A DNA stretch of 64,000 bases from a virus. Positions 21,622 to 31,408 of the stretch are shown here, one piece after another. Within the stretch, counting starts at the first letter, position 1; each line of letters starts with the position of its first letter. The notes under the pieces were generated by a model, which saw nothing but the letters and a program-made list of their open reading frames with translations, was not told where the DNA came from and ran no database searches. The stretch lies in IMG/VR virus record IMGVR_UViG_3300032307_000797; one strand, written 5' to 3'. A program made the translations under genes and the position numbers.

Positions 21622-24051
21622 TTATGAACCACAACCCTCACATTCGAATGGAGAATCCGTGGGTCTCGACATTGTAACCATTTCCATTAATTTCATCTCT
21701 TCGGATGTGTCTTGTATGAAATTGTTAGTTGTAGGTACTTCTATCGCCTCTGAAATAGGTTTAACTGTGGAAGTATCGATTCCCAACCCTTTTAATGGGT
21801 CAACCGCCGCTCTTGTTCTTAGGTAGTACATACCCGTTTTCAAACCAAGTTTCCAACCATAAAGATGTGCTGCCAATACCTTTTGTTTAGATGCATTATC
21901 AATGAATAAATTCAATGATTGTGATTGGTCAATGAAGATTGAACGGTTAGCAGCCATAGTTAAGATTCTCTTCTGTGACATTTCCCATACGGTCTTGAAT
22001 ACTTCTTTGATGTCTGTTGGGATTTCAGGAATATTCTGAACTGAACCGTTTTCCATAATCAACTTTTTCTTAATATCGTCAGACCATATTTTTCTTTCAA
22101 GTAATACCTTAACTAAGTGTTTGTTTACAACAATAAATTCACCACCAAGAGTTCTTCTTGAAAATAAATTAGAAGTGAATGGTTCAAACGCTTCGTTATT
22201 ACCTAAAATTTGTGCGGTTGATGCTGTTGGCATTGGTGCAACTAATAATGAGTTTCTAACACCGAATTTTACAACCTCTTTTCTTAGAGATTTCCAATCC
22301 CATCTACCGCTCATATCCTTATCGGTCTTACCCCATAATTGATATTGGAAAGTACCTTCAGAAAGTGGTGAACCGTTAAAGGTCTCATATGCTCCGTTTT
22401 CTTTAGCAACATCTTTTGATGATGACAATGCCGCGAAATAAATTGTTTCGAAAATATCTGTTTGTAATTTATCGGCGTTTTCGCTTTCAAATGGTAGTGA
22501 CAACATACAGAATACATCGGCCAAACCTTGAACACCTAAACCAACAGGTCTGTGTCTCATATTTGAACGTTTTGTTTCTTCAGTTGGGTAGAAGTTCAAA
22601 TCAATTACATTATTCAAATTTTGTACAACTTGATATGTGTACTCATACAATAACTCGTGACTGAATTCTCCGTCCACTACATATTTTGGTAATGCAATTG
22701 ACGCAAGGTTACAAACCGCTTGTTCCTCAGGACTTGAGTACTCAATAATTTCAGTACATAGGTTTGAAGATTTAATTGTACCAATATTCTTTTGGTTTGA
22801 TTTGTAGTTCGCCGCATCCTTATACAACATATAAGGGGTACCTGTTTCGATTTGAGCGGTTAAGATTGCATCCATCAATTTTCTCGCCTTTACAACTCTA
22901 CGTGCTCTACCTTCTTGTTCATATTGTTCATATAAACGAGTAAACGCTTTGTCTTCAGGGGTATCATAGATGTCGGATAATCCTGGAGCTTCGTCAGGTG
23001 AGAATAATGACCAATCTCCGTCACTCTCAACTCTTTGCATAAATAAATCAGGTGTCCACATAGCTAAGAACAAATCTCTTGCTCTCATTTCTTCTTTACC
23101 GTGATTCTTTCTCAAATCGATGAATTCAAATACATCTGAGTGCCATGGTTCAAGATAAACAGCAAAAGAACCTTTTCTTTTACCACCTTGGTTAATCCAA
23201 CGAGCAACTTCATTATATGTTTTCATCATTGGGAGGAGTCCGTCAGATTCTCCGCCCGTTCCTTTAATATATGAACCTTTGGCTCTTACATCGTGAACGT
23301 GTAATCCAATACCACCGGCCCATTTAGAAATCTTAGCAACGTCTTTGATAGTATCAAATAAACCATCAATATCGTCACCCTTGTTTCCAATTAAGAAACA
23401 AGAAGACATCTGTGGACGACGAGTTCCCGCATTGAACAATGTTGGAGTTGCATGGGTATAGAAGTGTTGTGATAAATCATCATAGATTCTCAACGCCATT
23501 TCTAAGTTACCATTACAAATACCAACAGCAACTCTCATGTACATGTACTGAGGTCTCTCAACAATTCGTTTACCAATTTTTAAAAGATACGAACGCTCAA
23601 GAGTTTTAAATCCAAAATAATCGAAATCTAAATCACGTTCTTGTCTAATGGCACCATCAAGTGCCTCTCTATTTTGATGAACAAACTTAGCAACTTCGTC
23701 ATCAATTAATGATGATTCCTTACCTGTTTTTGGTTCATTAAATGAGTGTAATTCTTTAATTGCTTGTGAGAATTTTTTTGGTGTTGTCTTGTGTAGATTG
23801 GATACCGCTAAACGTCCTGCTAATTTTGCATAATCAGGATGTGTGGTAACCAAAGATGCTGCAGTTTCTGCAGCCAAAATATCAAGTTCAACAGTTGAAA
23901 TACCATCGTAAATTCCCTGTGTTACTTTAAGTGTGACCAATGTTGGGTCAACATATTCAATATCCAAATCATCACAGAAGTATTGCATTCTTCTTGTGAT
24001 TTTGTCATATCTCATCTCCTCGAGGGAGCCATCTCTCTTCTTTACTTTCAT
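21622..24051 (-). CDS. nrdA: Ribonucleotide reductase class Ia alpha subunit with ATP cone
   Basis: VKKRDG ATP cone, TPTLFNAGT, SSCF, SNLCTEI, APMPTAST, YY pair and C-terminal CEGCGS. Confidence 0.98.
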   Translation of the reverse strand: MKVKKRDGSLEEMRYDKITRRMQYFCDDLDIEYVDPTLVTLKVTQGIYDGISTVELDILAAETAASLVTTHPDYAKLAGRLAVSNLHKTTPKKFSQAIKELHSFNEPKTGKESSLIDDEVAKFVHQNREALDGAIRQERDLDFDYFGFKTLERSYLLKIGKRIVERPQYMYMRVAVGICNGNLEMALRIYDDLSQHFYTHATPTLFNAGTRRPQMSSCFLIGNKGDDIDGLFDTIKDVAKISKWAGGIGLHVHDVRAKGSYIKGTGGESDGLLPMMKTYNEVARWINQGGKRKGSFAVYLEPWHSDVFEFIDLRKNHGKEEMRARDLFLAMWTPDLFMQRVESDGDWSLFSPDEAPGLSDIYDTPEDKAFTRLYEQYEQEGRARRVVKARKLMDAILTAQIETGTPYMLYKDAANYKSNQKNIGTIKSSNLCTEIIEYSSPEEQAVCNLASIALPKYVVDGEFSHELLYEYTYQVVQNLNNVIDLNFYPTEETKRSNMRHRPVGLGVQGLADVFCMLSLPFESENADKLQTDIFETIYFAALSSSKDVAKENGAYETFNGSPLSEGTFQYQLWGKTDKDMSGRWDWKSLRKEVVKFGVRNSLLVAPMPTASTAQILGNNEAFEPFTSNLFSRRTLGGEFIVVNKHLVKVLLERKIWSDDIKKKLIMENGSVQNIPEIPTDIKEVFKTVWEMSQKRILTMAANRSIFIDQSQSLNLFIDNASKQKVLAAHLYGWKLGLKTGMYYLRTRAAVDPLKGLGIDTSTVKPISEAIEVPTTNNFIQDTSEEMKLMEMVTMSRPTDSPFECEGCGS

Positions 24052-24064
24052 GTTGTTTGATTAA

Positions 24065-25039
24065 TTAAAAATCGATATCATCAATATTAGTTATGTCTTC
24101 AATTGAAGAATTGGTAGCTACTCCCGCTTTTTGGTATTCTGCAACTCTTTTCTCAAAGAAATTGGTTTTACCTTGAATTGCGATATTCTCCATAAAATCA
24201 AATGGGTTGTTAGAGTTGTAAACTTTAGAAACACCAAGTGACATTAACAATCTATCTGTAACAAATTCTAAGTATTGAGCCATAAGGTCTGAATTCATAC
24301 CAATCAAACGAACCGGTAATGCCTCAAGAATGAATTCCTTTTCAATCTCCAAAGCCCCGCAGATAATCTCTTTAATTTTTGCTTGAGTTAGTTTTTTCTG
24401 AATGTGATTGTTATGTAAATGACATGCAAAATCACAGTGCATTCCTTCATCACGTGAAATGAGCTCATTTGAGAAGGTTAAACCTGGCATTAAACCACGT
24501 TTTTTGAGCCAGAAAATGGAACAGAATGAGCCAGAAAAGAAAATACCTTCAACCGCAGCAAATGCAATAAGTCGTTCAACGAATGAGTCAGAGTTAATCC
24601 ACTTGATTGCCCATTCCGCTTTCTTCTTGATAGCGGGTACTGTCTCAATTGCGTTGAACAAACGATTTTGTTCTTCCTTATCTTTGATGTAAGTGTCAAT
24701 CAAAAGTGAGTATGTTTCACTATGAATGTTTTCCATCATGATTTGGAAACCATAAAACATTTTAGCTTCGGTATATTGAACTTCATTAACAAAGTTCATC
24801 GCTAAGTTTTCATTTACAATACCATCAGAAGCCGCGAAGAACGCCAACACATGTTTTACAAAGTGTTGTTCGTCTTCATTTAACTTATTGTCCCAATCAT
24901 TAATATCTTGGGCTAAGTCGATTTCTTCTGCGGTCCAAAAACACGCTTCCTGTTGTTTGTAAAGTTTCCAAATATCGTGGTGTTCGATTGGGAAGAGGAC
25001 AAAACGTCCCGGATTTTCTTGTAAAATCTTTTCTTTCAT
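24065..25039 (-). CDS. nrdB: Ribonucleotide reductase class Ia beta subunit
   Basis: [49 protein letters not shown]. Confidence 0.98.
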   Translation of the reverse strand: MKEKILQENPGRFVLFPIEHHDIWKLYKQQEACFWTAEEIDLAQDINDWDNKLNEDEQHFVKHVLAFFAASDGIVNENLAMNFVNEVQYTEAKMFYGFQIMMENIHSETYSLLIDTYIKDKEEQNRLFNAIETVPAIKKKAEWAIKWINSDSFVERLIAFAAVEGIFFSGSFCSIFWLKKRGLMPGLTFSNELISRDEGMHCDFACHLHNNHIQKKLTQAKIKEIICGALEIEKEFILEALPVRLIGMNSDLMAQYLEFVTDRLLMSLGVSKVYNSNNPFDFMENIAIQGKTNFFEKRVAEYQKAGVATNSSIEDITNIDDIDF

Positions 25040-25059
25040 GGTCTAATAAAGTTTTTTGA

Positions 25060-26433
25060 TTAACGGTTTAACAGTTCCTGTCTTTTCTTGAACATTTCTG
25101 CTGCCCTGTTTGAATTTGTTTTGACTTTTTCTTCTTGATGTCCAAGAAGTGTTGTTTGTGTTTCGGTATCGATAACTAAGAATTTGTTATCAAACTTACA
25201 GTTGTTCCAAATGATACCATCTTGACCAATACGTGATTTAAGTAAGGTCATTGTTGCTAAGTTGTGCTCTTTTTGTTCAAGAGTCTTACCAACAGATAAA
25301 ACTACGTGACCAATTTGTGCCTTTTTGATTGAGCCGCCCATTTGGTCAGTTGTAACAACCTCAGAAGAGATTGATTCTCTGTTACCCTGAGTTGCCGTCC
25401 AAATGGCAATATCAAACTCACCCGTCATTGCTTCTAAACTTCTCATTACAGAACCTTCACCTTTCCACTCTTCACCGAAATTACTTCTTTCAGGTGAGAT
25501 ACAATCAACGTAATCGATAACTAAAAGGTCAATCTTTTTACCGTCTGAAATGTGTTTTCTAATTCTTGATTTGATTTCAGAAATAGTAACAGAATCACTT
25601 GGTAATTTAACAATGTTTAACGAACCCTCACTTGTTGTTTGGATTTCCTCAACCATTCTTTTAACCTCTTCTTTTCTATCGGGTTGTTCATCAGGTTCAA
25701 TTCCTGTCCAAAGAGTGAAGTGTTTCTTTTTGATGTTTGACGGATTGTCTTCAAAAAAGATTTGAAGTACGTTGAAGTTACAGTTATAAGCGGTGTTAGA
25801 GAATAAGGTTAACAAAGTTGTTTTACCTGTACCGGTTGGTGCAAGTACAACTCCGAGTTCTCCTCTACCTAAACCACCTTTTAGAACACTGTCAACACCA
25901 TTAATTCCCGTAGGAATAGCTTGACGATTGTCTTTTTCAAGTGCAGCATCAATATCGTGAAACACGTCCATTGATTCCTCGAGAGGAAGACCCACCTGTA
26001 ACGCCTTCTGAATGATACCTTCAATTGTTGGGTACTCATGGAATGCACCGTTGTCAATAATAGAATTGATTTTTTTTAATTCTTTTCTGAGATTCTGTTG
26101 TTTACAGAAATTCAACGCCTCATCTTTTACTAATGAAGGGTCTTGGGTGTTCTCTTTAATCGCTTCAAGTGTGTCCAAGTGGATTCTAGCACTATCCTGT
26201 GAACCCATTTCCGAAGTAATTTTAAGTGCCAAACTATCGTAGTTCGGCACCTTAGAATACTTTTTATAATATTCTTTAATGTGTTCGGAGATGAACCTAA
26301 AAGAAACGTTATCAAAGTACTTGTTCTCGATTACATCAATGATTTGCTCACCGTATTTCTTGTCTTCAATAATTGCCTTCAATAGGGCTTGTTGGAATGA
26401 TGTTCCGAGTGTTCCAAAGTTCTTTTCGCTCAT
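25060..26433 (-). CDS. Replicative DNA helicase (DnaB / T4 gp41 family)
   Basis: IPTG...GGLGRGELGVVLAPTGTGKT Walker A; VIDYVD Walker B; WTATQGNR; LLKSR. Confidence 0.93.
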   Translation of the reverse strand: MSEKNFGTLGTSFQQALLKAIIEDKKYGEQIIDVIENKYFDNVSFRFISEHIKEYYKKYSKVPNYDSLALKITSEMGSQDSARIHLDTLEAIKENTQDPSLVKDEALNFCKQQNLRKELKKINSIIDNGAFHEYPTIEGIIQKALQVGLPLEESMDVFHDIDAALEKDNRQAIPTGINGVDSVLKGGLGRGELGVVLAPTGTGKTTLLTLFSNTAYNCNFNVLQIFFEDNPSNIKKKHFTLWTGIEPDEQPDRKEEVKRMVEEIQTTSEGSLNIVKLPSDSVTISEIKSRIRKHISDGKKIDLLVIDYVDCISPERSNFGEEWKGEGSVMRSLEAMTGEFDIAIWTATQGNRESISSEVVTTDQMGGSIKKAQIGHVVLSVGKTLEQKEHNLATMTLLKSRIGQDGIIWNNCKFDNKFLVIDTETQTTLLGHQEEKVKTNSNRAAEMFKKRQELLNR

Positions 26434-26447
26434 TGTTTATTTTTTTC

Positions 26448-26891
26448 TTATAGTTGATATGTTAAGTAAGTTGTTTCCAATTCTCTTGAAGATAAAATGG
26501 TGGTTAAGTCCGCCAAGTATCTTTTCAGATGGGGACGAATGTCTACCGTGTATCTTACCTTTGGATGGAAAGTATACGCGGGAAACACTCTTTGAATAAA
26601 TACATCGTCCCCCATCTTAATTTCAAGCAAAAAGTTTTCTTTTTCCCCTTCTTCCAAGGGTTCTGCACTGTCCAAACCGTAAAAATATTCACGATTTTCG
26701 TAAAGATAATCCGAAGTTTTTATTTTCAAATCATCAAAAATTTCGCCACAAATTTCTTTTACATAATAATGTAAATCCATCGAGCGACGAGCTTTAGGGT
26801 TGTGTCCTTTAACGTTGAAATAACGCTGAACGACGATGTTTCCTTCAAGAGTTAAAAGGAATTCGAATTTAGTTAAATCTTGATTAGTCAT
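26448..26891 (-). CDS. Hypothetical protein in the replication operon
   Basis: 147 aa ORF overlapping the exonuclease stop; no motif recognised. Confidence 0.75.
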   Translation of the reverse strand: MTNQDLTKFEFLLTLEGNIVVQRYFNVKGHNPKARRSMDLHYYVKEICGEIFDDLKIKTSDYLYENREYFYGLDSAEPLEEGEKENFLLEIKMGDDVFIQRVFPAYTFHPKVRYTVDIRPHLKRYLADLTTILSSRELETTYLTYQL

Positions 26892-27906
26892 TGGTTTTAA
26901 TTTTAATAATCTTTTTATTTTTTTCTTTTCTGGTTAATCTGAGGAATGGATTAAGGAAGTTAATCCAAGCATCATCTGATTTAGGGAGCAGAAGGAATAT
27001 TCCATCCTCCATCATCATCTTCATAGTATTCTTATATGACCGTCCTTCGGGGTCTAGGGGGTCGGTTATTAAAGAGTTTATTGACTCCTTCGCCTCGTCT
27101 GTTAAGAACGGGTCATCAAGACTTACAATTCTATTGTTTACATCGAAAAACTCCTCACCAAGAACTCCATATTTGGTCACTCCTGTGAGCAAATTGGTTA
27201 CAAGACGATTATCCTTATCTTCTTCAAAAAGGTCGTTAAAACGTCCTCTAATGAATTCTATGGTGAGTGGTTCGGTACGTAGTTCGGGTACCATTGTGAG
27301 TAATCTTCTAACACCTAAGTTTTTAATACCTGCGATGTTGTCGGATGGGTCTCCACATAACATTTTGACCAATTTGATATTTTCGATTCTAATCTCTTCG
27401 TGGTCATAAACAAACATATCGTTGGGTTGATACAGTTTACTATGTGAAGGATTAAACAATTTGGTATTTTCAGATACGAGTTGGGTTAGGTCTCCGTCGG
27501 ATGAATAAATAATAATATTCTCCTTTTTTGAATTTTGACTATAATATGCAACAGCATCATCTGTTTCACAATAATCATATTCACCTTGTCTCACAAACAA
27601 CTCCTCGAGATATTGTTTTACCCTGTTTCGTTGCTGTCCGTATGCGTGAACTTGTTCTTCGGTTCTAACCCGTTCTCTTCTATTTTCTTTGTATTGATGG
27701 TAATATCTCTTGCGAGATGATGAACCTTCTTTTCCATCCCAAAAAACAACTACTTTGTCTAATCTATGAGTCTCAATCGCTCTGCGTAGGGTATTGATAA
27801 AGTGGTATAACCCACCAATGTGATTACCCTTATGAAAGTGATTTTTGAGTCCAAAAAAACCGATGGTTAACAAGTTGTCACCATCGACCAATAAAACATT
27901 AGACAT
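26884..27906 (-). CDS. 5'-3' exonuclease / T4 RNase H-like flap nuclease
   Basis: LLVDGDNL, VFWDG, YKENR, ETDD, SSDGDLTQL, GDPSDNIAGI. Confidence 0.93.
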   Translation of the reverse strand: MSNVLLVDGDNLLTIGFFGLKNHFHKGNHIGGLYHFINTLRRAIETHRLDKVVVFWDGKEGSSSRKRYYHQYKENRRERVRTEEQVHAYGQQRNRVKQYLEELFVRQGEYDYCETDDAVAYYSQNSKKENIIIYSSDGDLTQLVSENTKLFNPSHSKLYQPNDMFVYDHEEIRIENIKLVKMLCGDPSDNIAGIKNLGVRRLLTMVPELRTEPLTIEFIRGRFNDLFEEDKDNRLVTNLLTGVTKYGVLGEEFFDVNNRIVSLDDPFLTDEAKESINSLITDPLDPEGRSYKNTMKMMMEDGIFLLLPKSDDAWINFLNPFLRLTRKEKNKKIIKIKTND

Positions 27907-27935
27907 TTCGTCTTTTACAATTATTCGTTAAACAA

Positions 27936-28967
27936 TCAATCTTCAGTATCCTCTTCTACTATCGGTTCAAATTTGATATCTGTTACACTTGATACCGTTT
28001 CACCGAATAGTTTACTAACATAATCAAGATGTTCTTTAATGTAAAGTTCTCTTGATGTTTTTTCTTCTGCCGACTCCTTTGCTTTCATGAACCCATGAGG
28101 AGTGACCATAATCTTACCATCACCAAACTGAATACCGTTTACGTGATTCTTCATCACAGTAATCTTACTTCTTGTTGCGATAGTAATGGTTCTTTTGTTT
28201 CTTGTGATTGGAATTTTGGTTGTGCCAGCGTTTTTCTCATTACCAAAACGGAACACCAATGTTGAGTTCAACCAAACAGATTCTCCACCTTTAGCTTTGA
28301 TTTTTGGTTGTTCGTATGGGTTACTTGGTAATTCAACCCATGGTTGGTTTACAATCACAAGTGTATTTGTGTGAGGTTTATCAGACCTTCTTGAACCTGA
28401 GATACGTTGGTTGATACCCATACCAATTTTATCTGATAGAACAGATGCGTTGTGTTGTTTACCACCTTTACCTTCCCAAGTCATCTTACATGGAACTGAA
28501 CCAACAGAATCCCATAGGAACAATAAATCGTAAGGGATATCACCTTTTTCCTGAGCATCCATCATTTCATTGATGAAGTCGGTAATTTGTTCGATGTATT
28601 CAAAATCATTTCTGAAAATGAAATTACCCGTAAATGTGATTTCACCTGTTGATGGGTCAACTTCTTCTTCTACGGGAATACCCATAATATTAGCGTGTTC
28701 AAAATTGAACTTCTGTTCAGTAATGATGAACACGGGAAGAATGTCCTTTTTAATGGCATCAGCAGCAGCCGCTAACAATGCGGTAGTTTTACCCGTATCA
28801 GAGTGACCCAAGAACATATTGATATGTCCAAGAGCAGGACCCGGTAAACCCGTCGCATCCAAAAACGCATCACCTAAATCCAAAAACCTATCGGGTTTGT
28901 AGGTCATTTTACTTGAGTACTTGGATGTTATACTCGAAATTGAAAAATCTTTTTTCTTAATTGCCAT
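27936..28967 (-). CDS. RecA/UvsX-like recombinase
   Basis: GHSDTGKT Walker A, WDSVGS Walker B, VNQ, KGG, VMKNH. Confidence 0.9.
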   Translation of the reverse strand: MAIKKKDFSISSITSKYSSKMTYKPDRFLDLGDAFLDATGLPGPALGHINMFLGHSDTGKTTALLAAAADAIKKDILPVFIITEQKFNFEHANIMGIPVEEEVDPSTGEITFTGNFIFRNDFEYIEQITDFINEMMDAQEKGDIPYDLLFLWDSVGSVPCKMTWEGKGGKQHNASVLSDKIGMGINQRISGSRRSDKPHTNTLVIVNQPWVELPSNPYEQPKIKAKGGESVWLNSTLVFRFGNEKNAGTTKIPITRNKRTITIATRSKITVMKNHVNGIQFGDGKIMVTPHGFMKAKESAEEKTSRELYIKEHLDYVSKLFGETVSSVTDIKFEPIVEEDTED

Positions 28968-28980
28968 ATTGATATTTTTT

Positions 28981-29029
28981 AAAAAGGAACACCCTCAAGG
29001 ACAAAATGTCCAAGAGAGTGTCCTTGAGG
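28981..29029 (-). terminator. Hairpin/terminator-like element between ssb and recA/uvsX
   Basis: Perfect 11-bp inverted repeat CCTCAAGGACA/TGTCCTTGAGG; an alternative stem abuts a T-run. Confidence 0.55.
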
Positions 29030-29033
29030 TTTT

Positions 29034-29891
29034 TTAGAACGGTAAATCGTCGTCAGTGGCGTCTTCTGCCTGAGGGTCAACCACAGGAGTTGAAGGTGTA
29101 ACATTTACAGGAGGTGACATCAATGTGGTTTCTTCTTCTGAATTAGAAACCCATTTTTTATTTTCTGAATCCCATTTTGGAACTTCACCTTTAGCAATCA
29201 TTTCCAAATACTCTTCAGGTTTCTTAGAGTAAACATCAGACCACGTCAATTCATCATTAACCCAAGTTTGTGCAACACTACTATCAGTATGTAGTGGTGA
29301 AGCATCTTCAGGGATGATAGATGTGATTGTGGTGTACTCACGACCATTACCTGCTTTAGTTAAACCTAAAGTAATGATAAGGTCACGACCTGTGTTCATT
29401 TCAGTAATATCACCTTTGTTTTTGAATAGTGGGAAGATTTTATCGAGAACTCCCTCACCTTTACTGTTGTGTTTAAAACGCCAGAATTTAACACCATCCT
29501 GTTCGTTTTCTCTATCGATAACTTTTACAATGTAAAATTTACGAGCTCTGTACTGACGAGCAAGAACCTTATCGGATTCCAAACCTGTCATCTGAAGTGC
29601 ATCATATACCTCATTTAAAGGTGAACGCTTACCTTCTTGTTTAGGGTCGTAAAGTTTTACCCAATTTCCATCAACTTGTACTTCATGGAAATACGCCTCT
29701 TTAAAAGGAGAGGTACCATCTGTCGTAGGTAGGATACGAATACGTTTCTCACCACTACGAGCACCTTTCGGTAGAAGTGTAGTAAAATACTTCTTTAATC
29801 GGTCTTCTTGCGAAACCTTGTTAGCATTGTTGCCGCCAGCGGCTTGTTTGTTCTTTTCGTACTGTGCCAGTACTGCATCAAATGTGGACAT
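29034..29891 (-). CDS. Single-stranded DNA-binding protein (T4 gp32-like)
   Basis: RIRILP, GRDLII, acidic tail ending DDDLPF; next to the recombinase. Confidence 0.88.
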   Translation of the reverse strand: MSTFDAVLAQYEKNKQAAGGNNANKVSQEDRLKKYFTTLLPKGARSGEKRIRILPTTDGTSPFKEAYFHEVQVDGNWVKLYDPKQEGKRSPLNEVYDALQMTGLESDKVLARQYRARKFYIVKVIDRENEQDGVKFWRFKHNSKGEGVLDKIFPLFKNKGDITEMNTGRDLIITLGLTKAGNGREYTTITSIIPEDASPLHTDSSVAQTWVNDELTWSDVYSKKPEEYLEMIAKGEVPKWDSENKKWVSNSEEETTLMSPPVNVTPSTPVVDPQAEDATDDDLPF

Positions 29892-29928
29892 AAATCTTAA
29901 TTTTAAGTTGTTATATATAAAGTATACG

Positions 29929-29956
29929 AAAAAAAAACCGGATTAAAAAATCCGGT
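29929..29956 (-). terminator. Intrinsic terminator ending the upstream transcript
   Basis: ACCGGATT-TTTT-AATCCGGT followed by a long T-run on the minus strand. Confidence 0.8.
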
Positions 29957-29988
29957 CTTAAAGTTTTTCAAAAAAGTTTCGAGGAGTC

Positions 29989-30363
29989 TTACTCTAATGT
30001 TAAAAGATACAAAAGTTTATTCAATAAACCAAGCATCTCATCCTTTAAATTCAATAAATCAGTATCTCTCTTAGGGTCCAAATCTTCGGTAAACTCAATT
30101 ATTGCATCAATACAAACCGAAACCATATCTTTTGGATTCATTTCGGATAAGTTTATAAGTTTTATATTATTAGTTTCATCATCCAATACAAACCTTCCAT
30201 ATTTACCCATAGAAATCTCAACAAACTCGTCGATTAAATCTGAAAGTTCGTCGTGTGCCTTACCAAACGCTTTGTGTCGAGCAAGACCTTTAGTTTGCCA
30301 ATGGTTGATTTTTAATTGTAATTGTAAACCTAATAAAAAATTTACTTTAGAAGCTAAATTCAT
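29989..30363 (-). CDS. Dps/ferritin-like four-helix protein (DUF5856-like)
   Basis: INHWQTKG..RHKAFG...D.LIDEFVE resembles the Dps HW..H..D..E pattern. Confidence 0.7.
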   Translation of the reverse strand: MNLASKVNFLLGLQLQLKINHWQTKGLARHKAFGKAHDELSDLIDEFVEISMGKYGRFVLDDETNNIKLINLSEMNPKDMVSVCIDAIIEFTEDLDPKRDTDLLNLKDEMLGLLNKLLYLLTLE

Positions 30364-30991
30364 CTTGTTCTTCGTCTTGTGGGTTGAATGTGTCTCTTAT
30401 TGTTTCTTGTGAGTAGTTTTGAATATCGTCCTTAGTTAATACATACTCATTCTTACCACTCGCTCTCATCTCTCCTTGCTTTTGTGCAAAGAATTGTTGA
30501 GGGTTTTGGTTGAATGGGTATGAATCTAATGAACGCATCTGTAATCTTTCTTCAGGAGTTGGTTCTTTAACTTGTTCAATCTTACTACCTAACTCGTCGA
30601 TTTTAGCCATTACCATATCCATGCTAGATAACTTCTGCTCCAAATCATTTAATTTGGTGAATACATCATCCATTTTAGTGATTACTCCCTGATGTTCACC
30701 CTTAGTGTCATCAAGGTCATTCTTAATAGATTTTGTCATGTTAACTAAATCGGTAATATCCAATTCTTCGACATCTGATTCCGCAGGTGCCGCTTCAGGT
30801 GCGGGTGCCCCCATTTCAGGTGCCCCTCCTTCAGGTGCTGGTGGTAATTCTCCTGCCGGTGGTTCAATACCAGGTTCAGCCGGAGCTTCGGGAGCCGGAG
30901 GTAACTCTTGCTCGTTCATTAATTTTCTCGCGTACTTATTGATTTGGTTAAAACGAGCAACCTCTTCTAAGAGTTTCTTTTCCAATTCCAT
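30347..30991 (-). CDS. Acidic coiled-coil protein, possibly internal head/scaffold-like
   Basis: 214 aa; LLEE and LMNEQ motifs, Pro/Ala/Glu linker, coiled coil. Confidence 0.5.
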   Translation of the reverse strand: MELEKKLLEEVARFNQINKYARKLMNEQELPPAPEAPAEPGIEPPAGELPPAPEGGAPEMGAPAPEAAPAESDVEELDITDLVNMTKSIKNDLDDTKGEHQGVITKMDDVFTKLNDLEQKLSSMDMVMAKIDELGSKIEQVKEPTPEERLQMRSLDSYPFNQNPQQFFAQKQGEMRASGKNEYVLTKDDIQNYSQETIRDTFNPQDEEQDEFSF

Positions 30992-30995
30992 AGTT

Positions 30996-31199
30996 TTAAT
31001 CTTGTAATAATTGTCTTCCGTCTTCGGTTATGAATTTTTTATTTATTCTTTCAACAATACCATCCTTACTTCTGATGATATAACATTCACCAGTACGTAA
31101 GTCACACTCTTCTCTCTCCATACCATCGTTAGAAACGTTCTTTACGTTCTTCGGTGCCATGTAGTTGTTAAGTGCACTATTTAATTTTTCGTTATTCAT
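30996..31199 (-). CDS. Small late protein (start moved to ATG 31199)
   Basis: MNNEKLNS... lies just downstream of TATTTAT (31213-31219), favouring this start over 31241. Confidence 0.65.
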   Translation of the reverse strand: MNNEKLNSALNNYMAPKNVKNVSNDGMEREECDLRTGECYIIRSKDGIVERINKKFITEDGRQLLQD

Positions 31200-31210
31200 A
31201 GTATTTTCTT

Positions 31211-31408
31211 TTATAAATATCCAAGAAATGGTAAAATCCATGAAAAAACTACCGCTCTTATTAATAAATAACTAATACAGGAAATATTCAACTGCCACAT
31301 AATCATGGTGATTTCGTCAATAATACTTTCTATTGGGTGTTTCCTCACATAGAAGTATCTAAAAAGGACAACCCACATTAAAATGTTAAGAAATGCGGTT
31401 AATGTCAT
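31211..31408 (-). CDS. Small membrane protein with two hydrophobic segments
   Basis: 65 aa; ATGA overlap with the hub gene stop; two hydrophobic stretches. Confidence 0.5.
   Translation of the reverse strand: MTLTAFLNILMWVVLFRYFYVRKHPIESIIDEITMIMWQLNISCISYLLIRAVVFSWILPFLGYL

Noticed and set aside
21622-25039. Eukaryote-like NrdA/NrdB suggesting a giant eukaryotic virus
   Set aside because: Sheath, tube, baseplate, gp32-like and DnaB genes show a tailed phage; this RNR subtype also occurs in Bacteroidota.
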